Shown in pieces: positions 18,320 to 29,000 of a stretch of DNA of 40,684 nt. A program made the translations under genes and the position numbers. Each line of letters starts with the position of its first letter. The first letter of the stretch is position 1. The notes beneath the pieces were generated by a model. That model searched no databases and was not told where the DNA came from. It saw only the letters and a list, made by a program, of their open reading frames with translations. Origin of the DNA: Candidatus Fermentibacterota bacterium (GTDB lineage: Bacteria; Fermentibacterota; Fermentibacteria; Fermentibacterales; JCC-6); the NCBI GenBank assembly GCA_003644925.1, contig QNDS01000002.1, positions 1 through 40,684 of the forward strand. Direction: 5' to 3'.

Positions 18320-18529
18320 ATGGATGCCACAGATGTTTTTTACTCCGGCGTGGAATGCAGCGAAGAAGAAGGCAGATGCGAGGTCTACTGGCTTATCACC
18401 CAACCCGGAGGCGTGGTTGAAGCCACATTGGAAATCCCGATAGAGGATGTCGGGGGAGACGCCATAGAAAAAGACGAGATACTAGAAGACATGCTACATA
18501 ACTCAAAGATAGGCATCAGCACACAATAA
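18320..18529 (+). CDS. Small acidic hypothetical protein.
   Basis: ORF track. Confidence 0.4.
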   Translation: MDATDVFYSGVECSEEEGRCEVYWLITQPGGVVEATLEIPIEDVGGDAIEKDEILEDMLHNSKIGISTQ

Positions 18530-18543
18530 TATCAAAAAAAAAA

Positions 18544-18831
18544 ATGACAGCAAGAACACAGAACTGTGCGAGACGTGCATTGGAAGTAGACGACTCATTA
18601 GACAAACTCAAACTCAACTTATTCGGAGTCAATAATATCTCACGCAAAATGGAGGAATTCAGTAACGCATGCAATGTACCCTCCCACGATACACGTGTCT
18701 TGCGGAGAGTTATTGACGACGGAATCAAGAGTTATGATGATGCGAACAGAGAGCCAAGCAGACACACCTTCTCCGCCGCACAACGGATGGTTCTGGTAAC
18801 TGCATTAGAACAAATATATGGGATGATGTGA
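18544..18831 (+). CDS. Small hypothetical protein.
   Basis: ORF track; preceded by an A11 run (18534-18544). Confidence 0.4.
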   Translation: MTARTQNCARRALEVDDSLDKLKLNLFGVNNISRKMEEFSNACNVPSHDTRVLRRVIDDGIKSYDDANREPSRHTFSAAQRMVLVTALEQIYGMM

Positions 18832-18838
18832 CAAAAAA

Positions 18839-20455
18839 ATGGTTAGGTTATCTAATATTTGGGCTAGGTTCGAGAAACTCCCTAGTTGGCAGAAGTGGGC
18901 ACTTTATGGTTTGTTGTTTGGTGCATTGACCTCTTTATCATACTCATATGTGAATGAATTGAATTTCATCACTCTTCCCCTGATTTCAATCCCAATCATC
19001 CTCCTGGTTGGAACACTCATTTTTGATGTGGCGGTGTTGGTGTCTGCTTTTTTTGCACCTATTTTTTCCACGGCAGTGTTTTACATGTTTGTTGGCGGAT
19101 TCCTTGGATTGCTTTATGGAAGGGGGTATTTGACGGCGAAGAATGTTGTTGGGTTTTCAATTATCGGAGTTATGGGATTTGTGATCCTCCAGTTTCTTCC
19201 AATGTTCCAGGTTTCTGTGGGTGTTGTGTCGTCGCCGGGTTCAACGTGTGATCAATTCTGTCAATCGTGTGGTGCTGTGGCTGTTCAAACATGTGGTGTT
19301 CTCCCTCCTCAAGCCGTCCCTAGTGCGTGTTGGTGTGATATGAGTGCTTCACCTGATTATTTGCCTGATACTTACTCAAGCTTATGTTGTATATGTAGAC
19401 CCAAATGTTCTATAGAGCTTCAGTTGATTGATTCGGACACGAAGCAACCGTTGCCTGGCGTGAATGTTGGGATTGATCAGGGGATGTTGTCGCTGACTGA
19501 ATCAACGAATTCCGCGGGCAAGGTTTCAGCGTATGTTGCCTGCGATAAGGACGTGGACGTAACAGTTGCTAAAGGTGCGAGGGGGGAGGGGGGTATTGTG
19601 GTTGGTTCAGAAACCACTTTCACAATCCGATCCGGTCTATTGACGGAGGATGTTGTCCGGAGGGTGCAGATTGAAGTCCCCGCCGGTGGCTTGCCTGAGC
19701 CTACAACAACCACGACCACACAACCAGCATGCGTGGACACGGATGGGGGTAATGTAGCATACTATGAGAAGGGAACTGTTAGGGATCGGCATGGGAGAGT
19801 GTTCTCTGATTTCTGCTACGGTGAGCTCTTAAGGGAACACTACTGCAAAACGGATGAAACAGCGGGATATAAATTACACACCTGCCCCTACGGGTGTGTG
19901 GACGGGCGGTGCATACCCCGATCAGAGACCACAACCACAACGAGACCCTCATTTACTACAACCACAACCACCACATTATATCAGACGGTTACAACATCTT
20001 CCACAACCTCAACAACACGCAAAACCTGCGTGGAGGGGTGGGTATGCAAGGAATCCTACAGAACCTATGTGAGCCAAGACTGCAAGGACGTTACGAAACA
20101 ATACTGTCCGCTAGGGTGCTTGAGCGGGGAATGCCTGACAGAAACAACAACCACAACATCATCCATCACAACAACGACAGAGAAACACACCCTGGGAGAG
20201 ATAAAACCCTGCCTAACCTCTGAGGGGGAAATAGGTCAAACAACATGGATTGATGGACGATGGAGCCCATGCACGGTAAGTTGCACCACAGGTGATGTGA
20301 GATCCTGTGTAACAGCCTCAGGGGAGACAGGAACACAGACATGCGTTGGCGGAGTGTGGAAAGAATGCAGCAAGGAAGAAATACCTCTCTGGATGATCAT
20401 ACTAGGAGCAACCGTCATATTAATCACCATACTAATAATCGTATTGAGGCAATAA
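18839..20455 (+). CDS. Surface protein paralog: 4-5 N-terminal TM helices, carboxypeptidase-regulatory-like domain, three Cys modules separated by poly-Thr linkers, C-terminal TM.
   Basis: CVDTDGGNVAYYEKGTV..DFCYGELLREHYC..HTCPYGCVDGRC; CVEGWVCKE..QYCPLGCLSGEC; TTTTT linkers; IPLWMIILGATVILITILIIVL. Confidence 0.65.
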   Translation: MVRLSNIWARFEKLPSWQKWALYGLLFGALTSLSYSYVNELNFITLPLISIPIILLVGTLIFDVAVLVSAFFAPIFSTAVFYMFVGGFLGLLYGRGYLTAKNVVGFSIIGVMGFVILQFLPMFQVSVGVVSSPGSTCDQFCQSCGAVAVQTCGVLPPQAVPSACWCDMSASPDYLPDTYSSLCCICRPKCSIELQLIDSDTKQPLPGVNVGIDQGMLSLTESTNSAGKVSAYVACDKDVDVTVAKGARGEGGIVVGSETTFTIRSGLLTEDVVRRVQIEVPAGGLPEPTTTTTTQPACVDTDGGNVAYYEKGTVRDRHGRVFSDFCYGELLREHYCKTDETAGYKLHTCPYGCVDGRCIPRSETTTTTRPSFTTTTTTTLYQTVTTSSTTSTTRKTCVEGWVCKESYRTYVSQDCKDVTKQYCPLGCLSGECLTETTTTTSSITTTTEKHTLGEIKPCLTSEGEIGQTTWIDGRWSPCTVSCTTGDVRSCVTASGETGTQTCVGGVWKECSKEEIPLWMIILGATVILITILIIVLRQ

Positions 20456-20457
20456 CG

Positions 20458-20718
20458 GTGTTCGAGAAAAAATCAAAATGTGTCGGAGGTGGAGGGAAAT
20501 GGTTTGACGAACCCTTGCAGATGTGCCTATACGGCTCGAAAGGGAAATCAGAGATGGAAGCCGGATGCGACGAACTGCTATGCGTCTGCGAAGAACTAGG
20601 CGGGCTGGAAGAGAACATGAGGGGGGATCGATGCGTCTGTTTCATCAGGGATAAGCTGAAAAAAAGAGGGGAAATTCTCACAGGAAAACTAACAATGAGA
20701 CCTATATGGGGTGGATGA
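20458..20718 (+). CDS. Small Cys-containing hypothetical protein.
   Basis: Track ORF 20341..20718 trimmed to the GTG at 20458, after the upstream stop at 20455. Weak. Confidence 0.3.
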   Translation: MFEKKSKCVGGGGKWFDEPLQMCLYGSKGKSEMEAGCDELLCVCEELGGLEENMRGDRCVCFIRDKLKKRGEILTGKLTMRPIWGG

Positions 20719-22880
20719 TGGATTCATGGAATAATCTCGGAAAGACTGGGAAGGTGTTGTTGTTTCTTGTGTTGGGGGCTATTCTATATGCTGCGGTTTC
20801 ATGCTTCCTCCCGTTTGATGTCTCTCAGATGGCTGTTCTCTCTTTGAGTAATGTGAATTATCTCACCGATGATCCCGCATTCCATGGGAAAAGTGCGTGG
20901 TTGGTTAATTTCGTGGTATTTGGCGGGGGGCAGTATCTTAAGGGAACAACCAGTTACGTCACCCCCGAGGCAATAGCCTCTGAGGTGGGTCATGCAAGGA
21001 AGGGGTTCACGTTCACCGTGGAGAACATGTATGACTTCTGCGATTACAGGTTCGAGAAATCCGCTCAACTGAATCAATATACTATCCTATGGAAGAAACT
21101 TCCAACGGATTTTCTGTTCACTCCCGGGGGTGCTACTGGAGCGTGTGCGAATGATGGGGGGGGCTATATCCTGGTAGCAAATGACTTGCATGTGTGGTGC
21201 ATACGGAAAGAGATTGTTGGATACGTTGGTTCAATACCCACTCCCAGAGAAAGATGGAGCACGCAGATGACGTTGAAGGTGGATGGGAGAAGCCCGATAA
21301 CAGAAACAATATCCTCAGCAGACGAAACCTCCGCAACATTCGGGAACATAGGGCACGTCTCCTGGGTGGGAAGCCTCTGGACTGGAATGCAATGCCCCGT
21401 ATTCGGGGATAAAATCCCAGTATTCCATGATGTGTGGAGGATAGCAAACAAGGACACGTACAGGGATTATCTATTCTACTGGAATCAGGTGGAACGCGAT
21501 ATACGGGAGTGCGGGCATCTTGACGTATCCCCCTTACCTGCATTCTGCAACGCCGGCACACTAGCGAGAGACATAAATGAGGCGAACAAGAAAGCTAGGG
21601 TTCTCACATGCTCCGACGAGAAGATACACGGCACCCAAAGAATCGTTGGAGACACGGCAACCATAGCAGTAACCCAGCCGATAGCCGCTCCATCCTTCAC
21701 CCTACGGCTTCTGGCGGATGAGTTAGGCATAGCCTACCACCTCCCGGAGCCCGAGATCATAAAAGACAAAACCTACTGTGACCCGGACAATACGGAAGCC
21801 AGCGGAGGAACACTATATGTTGGGGTTCGGAATAAAGCATCTCAGGCAGGAGCTATAACAACAGTGGTATCATGTGAAGACACGGAGATTGCAGGATACA
21901 CTCCACGGCAGATGTATGACGCAAAAGAAATGAAGATACTATCTATCCCCCTCACACTCACAGAAACCATAAAAGAGGACATAGAAACCAAATGCACGGT
22001 GACAGCCTACGCCTCCGAGAAATCAGACGTATTGGATAAGTACACCTTCTACTGCGGCTGGAAGAATTTCGTAGGATGCACGCCCAAAGCAAGAATGTGC
22101 TCTGAAGACAACAAATACGTGGTCGAATGCAGCATGGACGGGAAGGGGTGGGCTCCCATCGAATCATGCAGATATGGTTGCGTGAACGGAGTATGTGGGA
22201 CAGAACCCACCAAATGCAGCATAATGACGCACGAACCCTGCGAAGGCGATGAAACATGCATCATGGACAGCATGCTCAACACCTACTGCAAGCAACTGAA
22301 ATGCAGACCAAACCAGGTAGCCAGAGACCATGAGTGCACAACGAAACCAACAATAGACCTCCCAATACTCTGGATGATGATATTCGCAGCAACAGGATTC
22401 CTCCTGGGGAAATACCTGATAGAATCCATGAACCTCACCGAAGCAAGACGCAGGATGGCACTAATCCTCATCGCAGCCATCTTCGCACTAATACCTGTCG
22501 GCATGGATCTTGCTGGAATGGAACTACCAGACATACAATCCGGATTCCTAACCTGTGAAGCAACAGAATCATTCCCCTTCCAGATTGCAGCAATGCTTGG
22601 GCTGCCCCTAGGAACATTCATGTGGTTCCTATCCCTCGGTCTTGGATTAATCTCCGGACTGGTAGCCTTCAGCACCACACGAAACATGAACTTAGGTAGA
22701 ACAACACAAGCAACAATATCCAGTATTGTAGCAGTAATAACCTGGAAGACGATATGCACAACATTCTGGATCGGGATCCTGTTCGGAGGCATAATCGCAG
22801 TCGTAGGCGTACTGTTGCTAGCATTCTTCCCTGAAGCAGTGGCAGGATGGGGACTACGGTTCGCGAAGGGGATGAAATAA
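20706..22880 (+). CDS. Large membrane protein: N-terminal TM, ~500-aa ectodomain ending in Cys modules, ~6 C-terminal TM helices.
   Basis: ORF track; CSEDNKYVVECSMDGKGWAPIESCRYGCVNGVC module; multiple hydrophobic helices from about residue 555 onward. Confidence 0.65.
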   Translation: MGWMMDSWNNLGKTGKVLLFLVLGAILYAAVSCFLPFDVSQMAVLSLSNVNYLTDDPAFHGKSAWLVNFVVFGGGQYLKGTTSYVTPEAIASEVGHARKGFTFTVENMYDFCDYRFEKSAQLNQYTILWKKLPTDFLFTPGGATGACANDGGGYILVANDLHVWCIRKEIVGYVGSIPTPRERWSTQMTLKVDGRSPITETISSADETSATFGNIGHVSWVGSLWTGMQCPVFGDKIPVFHDVWRIANKDTYRDYLFYWNQVERDIRECGHLDVSPLPAFCNAGTLARDINEANKKARVLTCSDEKIHGTQRIVGDTATIAVTQPIAAPSFTLRLLADELGIAYHLPEPEIIKDKTYCDPDNTEASGGTLYVGVRNKASQAGAITTVVSCEDTEIAGYTPRQMYDAKEMKILSIPLTLTETIKEDIETKCTVTAYASEKSDVLDKYTFYCGWKNFVGCTPKARMCSEDNKYVVECSMDGKGWAPIESCRYGCVNGVCGTEPTKCSIMTHEPCEGDETCIMDSMLNTYCKQLKCRPNQVARDHECTTKPTIDLPILWMMIFAATGFLLGKYLIESMNLTEARRRMALILIAAIFALIPVGMDLAGMELPDIQSGFLTCEATESFPFQIAAMLGLPLGTFMWFLSLGLGLISGLVAFSTTRNMNLGRTTQATISSIVAVITWKTICTTFWIGILFGGIIAVVGVLLLAFFPEAVAGWGLRFAKGMK

Positions 22881-22896
22881 TCGAAGAGGAAGAAAA

Positions 22897-22949
22897 GTAA
22901 GCTACCCTAGGCTTAAAGCTCGTGGGCTTTCCCACCCACATGTCGTAAA
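22897..22949 (-). repeat. Solo IS left-end-like remnant.
   Basis: The reverse complement tttacgacatgtgggtgggaaagcccacgagctttaagcctagggtagcttac matches the LE of the complete IS. Confidence 0.55.
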
Positions 22950-22980
22950 CATATCACTCACCCCCTCTGACACTATCCTG

Positions 22981-22990
22981 CTTTTTATGT
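22981..22990 (+). promoter_or_regulatory. TATA box of the giant gene.
   Basis: ctttttatgt lies 34 nt upstream of the ATG at 23015. Same core as 11064-11072 and 17519-17527. Confidence 0.4.
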
Positions 22991-23014
22991 ATTTTACATA
23001 TAATATAATGTAGA

Positions 23015-26000
23015 ATGAAATCAAATCATAGAATCTGTTTTCTAGTTATGAGTATGCTTTGTGTTTCCTTAGTTCCGACTGCAAGTGCGTGGTGGAACCT
23101 CTCGTATGCTTATGAATATCAGTTAAATATTTCGTATGCTGGAAGCTATGCAACGCATACGTTGCAGCCGATAACCGTAAATATATCTAATTTGAATGGA
23201 TCAAACACCCCCGCGTTAGCAGTGCTTTATAATAATTCTGGAACATGGGTTGAGCAGGATTGGGAATGGCATTTCGAGAGAGACGGTTCACAATCAGTTA
23301 AGTCGTATGTTAATGATACAATTCGTTTCCTGGTGAACCTGACAAACAATACAGTTAATAGAGATTATTTTATCTACACCACCGATGACGGAAGCATTAA
23401 TGCAAAAAATACAAGTGTGTTTCTATGGTATGACGGCTTCGAGTTAGGGCACATTACAGGGTATGAGAATGAATACTTAACTCCCTCGGATGCAATAGAA
23501 TCTGGGGAAAAATATTTGGGTAGCTACTCAATTAAATCAGGTATTGGTGTAGCCCGTGTTAGATTTCCAGAAGCCTTTGATTCTGAACACATCTATTTCG
23601 GTGTTGCTATGAGGAGGAGTTCCACAACAAATCTCGTTTCTGTTGCGTATCTCGAAGATAATGCTAGAACAAACGCTTTTAGATTATTTATTGATGGAAT
23701 CTCTTACTCAACAGAAATGATAAAATGGAAGGAGGATGATGTGAGTCACCCAGTGAAGCCAGCGGTAAGAGAACAGTGGTATTATATCATGCTGAAGGGA
23801 TGTGATACAACAGGTTCTGATACGGTTTGCGATGGATTTTATGTTGACGGAGTCTTAAATGATACCTCCATAGGAACAACGGGAACAGTAACAGATGTGG
23901 AATATTTTGCGATATATAAAAATACAGGTTCAGGAGCGGAAACTTTTGATGAGATATATATCTCAGATAACAACTTTAACGTTTATCCAAACCTCCCCAC
24001 GATAAACGTTGAATCGGAGGACACGCAAGGTTTAAATCCAGGCATCTCAATCACCTTAAATTCACCCGTAGAGGGATATAATTCAACTGTGCAAACAATA
24101 ACATTTAACTGCTCATATTCCTGCACTGATTCCTCGATAGTTAACGTAAGCCTGTGGGGTAACTGGAGTGGATGGCATAGAAACGAGACTAATTCAACCC
24201 TTACTGGTTCAACGGGAACGGTTAAGTTTACAAAATCCCTCCCAAACGGGGAATATAAGTGGAATTGCTATGGCTGTAATAATGAAACAAACTGTAGTTT
24301 CGCCGCAAATAACCACACTTTCAGTGTAGATGCTGATATTATTGAACCAACAATTGTTTTGAACCATCCACCAAACGCTTCATCTGGAAACTTATCTTAC
24401 ATATTAAATGCAACAATAACAGATGATAAATCTAATTCACTTGACGTATATTTCTATGTTAATACCAGCCTTTTATCTCTCTCCTTAAACAGAATAAATG
24501 ATACTACGATATCACTAAACATCTCAGCTATGCCTATCTCTAATGCTTTAGATGGGTTGCAATTCCTTTTCCACTTCGATAACCTTTCCAAGTACGGCGA
24601 AACAAACACGCATGTCTATGACTTCTCTGGAAATGGAAACAACGGCACAGTATCTGGAGCAGTCTGGGATAATTTAGGTTGTAAATTTGGGGGATGTTAT
24701 GTTTTCGATGGAACCGATGACTACATTAATGCTGGGACATCAAATTTAACACTGACAGAAAATTTCACAGTCATGGCTTGGGTTAATGGTTCAAAGAATC
24801 AAGCAATAGAAACTCTTATCGCTAAATGGAACATCCAAGACAACTTTAGTAGCTTACCGTTTGAAGCCTTTAATGCTTCTAACATAAGCGGATATAACCT
24901 TGGTTCAATGTATAGCGGAACGAAGGGGTATCCCCACCCCATTTTTGATGGTAGGTATGTGTATTGGACACCTAATGTATGGGATTATCAACACTTCCAC
25001 ACATTAGCTATACGATATGATACCACCCTGCCATACAAGAATCTTTCTTCTTGGGAGGTTTTTAATATTTCTACAGCCACAGCATATTCAATCGGAGCAT
25101 ATAGGGATATGGTTTATGATGGGAGATATATCTATTACACTCCATATTTCGAAGCATATATTGCAAGATATGATACAACTGGTTCGTTCAATGAAACAAG
25201 TTCGTGGTATGTTTTTGATGCAAAAAACGTATCTAACTGCAATAATCAATGTTACGGATTTAATGGTGCAACTTTCGATGGTGAGTTTATTTACTATAAT
25301 CCATATAAAAGAAACGGTTCAGTTGTTCATTTTGATTTCATCAGATACAATACATCAAAACAATTTAACTTAAGTTCAAGTTGGGATTATGTTAACCTGA
25401 CTGGGAATATAGACGGAGTTTCACAGCCAACATATGGGTATTATGAAACCATTTACGTGAATGGGTATGTATATTATTCAACCATTCTTGATGATGAATT
25501 TTTGAGGTTTAATACATCCGGTGTATTTAATGACACTGGAAACTGGGATTTAAGAAGTGGAGGACAAGACGGTTGTGGGATTAGTGCGACAACAGATGGT
25601 AGATACATATATTTTCTTCCATACCGAACTGCTGGAGTTACATGGCACGGAAGAATCCAGAGGTATGACACATTCGGAGATTTTAATACAGGTGGGAACT
25701 GGGTGATTTACGATGCTGGTTCAGAAGACGGGATAACGATACGAGACTTACAGGGTGGAATATACGACGGTAAATATATCTATTTTATAGAGTATCATGA
25801 TGGTACCGATTCACAGCCACATATACTCCGGTATGATACCACAAAAGATTATACTTTATCTTCTTCATGGGATGCCATTAATTATGGTAGTGTGGATGGA
25901 TTACCAACTGAAGGGTACAAGGGGGGGTGTTACGATGGTCGATACATCTATTTTGGTCATACGGCAACTAAAAACCCTGGAATTAATGGAGGAAAAGATC

Positions 26001-29000
26001 TTGCACACGGTATGGCGTTAAGGTATGATACAGTTAAAGGAAACAATGCTTCATTTAGACTGCAGATTAATGCACCTATGGGAGAAAATGAGATGATGGG
26101 GCTTGTAAAAGGTGTTATGTTCACTATTTCAGGGACAAATAAAAGCTATTCAGTTATAGGGAACAACACATTCGATGACTCTGAATTACACCACATAGCT
26201 GTCACCTATAACGGGACAAATCTTATCATGTACATAGATGGAGTCAAGGAAGATGAAAGAGTGGTATCTCCTGCGATGTCTATTTCAAGCAGTTTAGAAG
26301 ATATTGTTATTGGAGCATCAACAAGTGATTCAAATGATTTTTTTAACGGCACCATAGACGAGTTAGGTATATTGAATAGAACTTTATCCGCATCAGAGGT
26401 TCTGGATAGTTATAGGATTAAAAACGGGACATATAGTTGGTATGTGAACGCAAGCGATGGAACAAACGTAAATAAGTCAGAAGTGAGAGTGTTTACAATA
26501 GGCTCAATAAATACCGCCCCCCAAATAACCCTTGTGTCCCCCGCAGACAACTCTACAAGCGTAAGCCTTAATGCAGTCATAAATTACACCTATACAGATG
26601 TCGATAATGAAGCAGGAAACTGTGTGCTTTATAATAACTCAGATAATACTGCAATCTGCACGAACAACTCAGTTGCAAACGGCACAACAATACACTGCAA
26701 TTCAGGTGTGGGAGCTTATTCCACAACATTCACCTATTATGTCAATTGCACGGACGGAACTGATATGACTAAGTCGAGTGTGTGGAATTTTACAACAGAA
26801 GCAGCCAAAATCTCATTATCCTACCATCTCCCCACCGAAACAAATGGCACCACAATCTCAACAAACCACACAGAAATAAACCACTCAATCACAATATCGG
26901 ACACCAGCAACAGCCTCGACACATTCAGATTCAATATTAGCGGGGCACGGAATGTCAGCTCAATAATCTACGACGACGACTTGGTTCTGGCTTTGAACTT
27001 CAACAATAATTCAGCCATCGGCGACAACGAAACCCACGTCATGGACATCAGCCAATACGGAAACAACGGCACGATGCATAACGGAACCCAAATCTGCGGG
27101 AACCACTCAAGCTGCCCGCATTATGTGGCGGGGAGGTTCGGGCAGGGGATGAGTTTCGACGGAGTGAATGATTACGTGGACTGCGGGAATGATAGTAGTT
27201 TGAATATTACTGATGCTGTTACGATTGAGGCATGGATAAAATCATCTTTTTCGGGTAGACGCTGGATTGTGTCAAAGGGCGGTTTTGATCAGTACTGGAT
27301 AGAAGTGTCAGACAGTGGTGATAAATCAAGGTTCTATATTAGGGATGGGGATGATGCATTCCACTCTTGTTTGGGAACAACTGATGTTACGGATGGGTTA
27401 TGGCATCAGGTTGTAGGAACTTATGATTATTCTGAGGGGTATGCAAGGGTTTACGTTGATGGGAAGAAACAAGCCACATGTGATTTTTCGGGAAAAAAGA
27501 TGAAGAATAATCCTACTAAAAAGGTCACAGTAGGAGCTGCGTCTTCGGGTGCACAAAATTTCAACGGCTCAATCGACGAAGTCCGCATCTATGATCGTGC
27601 TTTATCCGCTGATGAAGTCTGGCTTCATTACCAGAGTGAGTTCCAGAAATATAATGCTACGGAGTATCGGTTCTATGATAATCTCACGAATTTGGCGGAT
27701 GGGGAGTATCAGCATTATGGTTGGGCTAATGACTCAGCGGGGGGTGAGGACACCAGCGAAACAAGGTTTTTCACGGTGGATGTTCCCGCATTTTCTGTGT
27801 CACTGAATTCACCGCTTGATGACTCTTCCTTGGGTGATGTGATCCCTGATTTTAATTTCAGTGTGTCGGGGGATAGAAGCACATACACGTGTGAGTTGTT
27901 TATTAATGATTCGGGGTATGGTAGGGTGGAGAATTGGTGTTATCAGGAGTCAGCTAATGAGTCGACTGCGTGTGGTGGCTTGAACACTGGAACGTATGTG
28001 AATACAAGCGGGTGGGGTGCGGGTGTCGTTAATGTTACTGATGGTGATTGGTCGACTGCGGGTTATGGTAGTATCTTGGGGGATTATCTCTACATTAATT
28101 ACTCTAAGCCCGCGGGTTCGACGAGTAATTCTTTATGGCAGGTTAAGCGGGCTGTGGGTGCGGCATATAATCTCAGCTTATCTGCTGGCTGTTGGAACCA
28201 GAATCCTCTCCAGCTTAGGGTGTATGATAATAGTGCTGATGCGGGGAGCTGGTCTTTCTCATGTTTTGATGGTGTGGGCTGGAGTGTATTGAGTTCTGGA
28301 GTGACTAAGGGTGTTGCGGAGGAGGCTATGTGGTGGTCGATTGCTGATGGTAACACATCCAATAACACAGATACTGTAATAACTGCTAACACCACACTAT
28401 CTGATGGACACTATAACTGGTACATCAACTGCACGGTGGATGGGCGTACAAATCAATCCGTGGCAAGAACGTTTATGGTGGATACAACCCCTCCTGTTTG
28501 CACGATCATCTCACAAACTCCTGGAGATTTGAATCACAGCTCAAATGGTTCTTTTGTAGTGAAAGTCCACTGTGAAGATGCGACAGGATTTAATCTTAGT
28601 GCTTTGGGTATTGGATTAACATTAAACCATTCTGGATGCATGAATGCTTCCTGGAGATTCCCGTCAAACACTAAAGCAGACGGGTATTTAGACATGCAAC
28701 GTGCAGAGCATAGAAATGAGGGCGAGTGGTATGAGGGCTTATTCTCTAATATCTGGGAGTGGAGTTTTCACGATATTGGCTGTTGCCACATGAACATGAC
28801 TTATAATGGCACGTGTGCGGCAGGATATTGTGTGAATTTCACCTTCACAAAACAGGATATTCATAGTTTATTCCACTCCTTCTGGGCTCTGGATAAAAAT
28901 AGCTTAGAACATAGTGAAATGAATTATTTGGATGTTTACACGGGGAATCACGTTATCAGCAAAATATATCTGCCTAAATTGGAAGCGAATGCTACGCTGA

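Noticed and set aside
20706-22880. The 724-aa protein (N-terminal TM, Cys-containing ectodomain, multiple C-terminal TM helices) as an archaeal fusexin or viral fusogen.
   Set aside because: The idea rests only on overall topology. I cannot see any diagnostic sequence feature, so it is unsupported without structure prediction.
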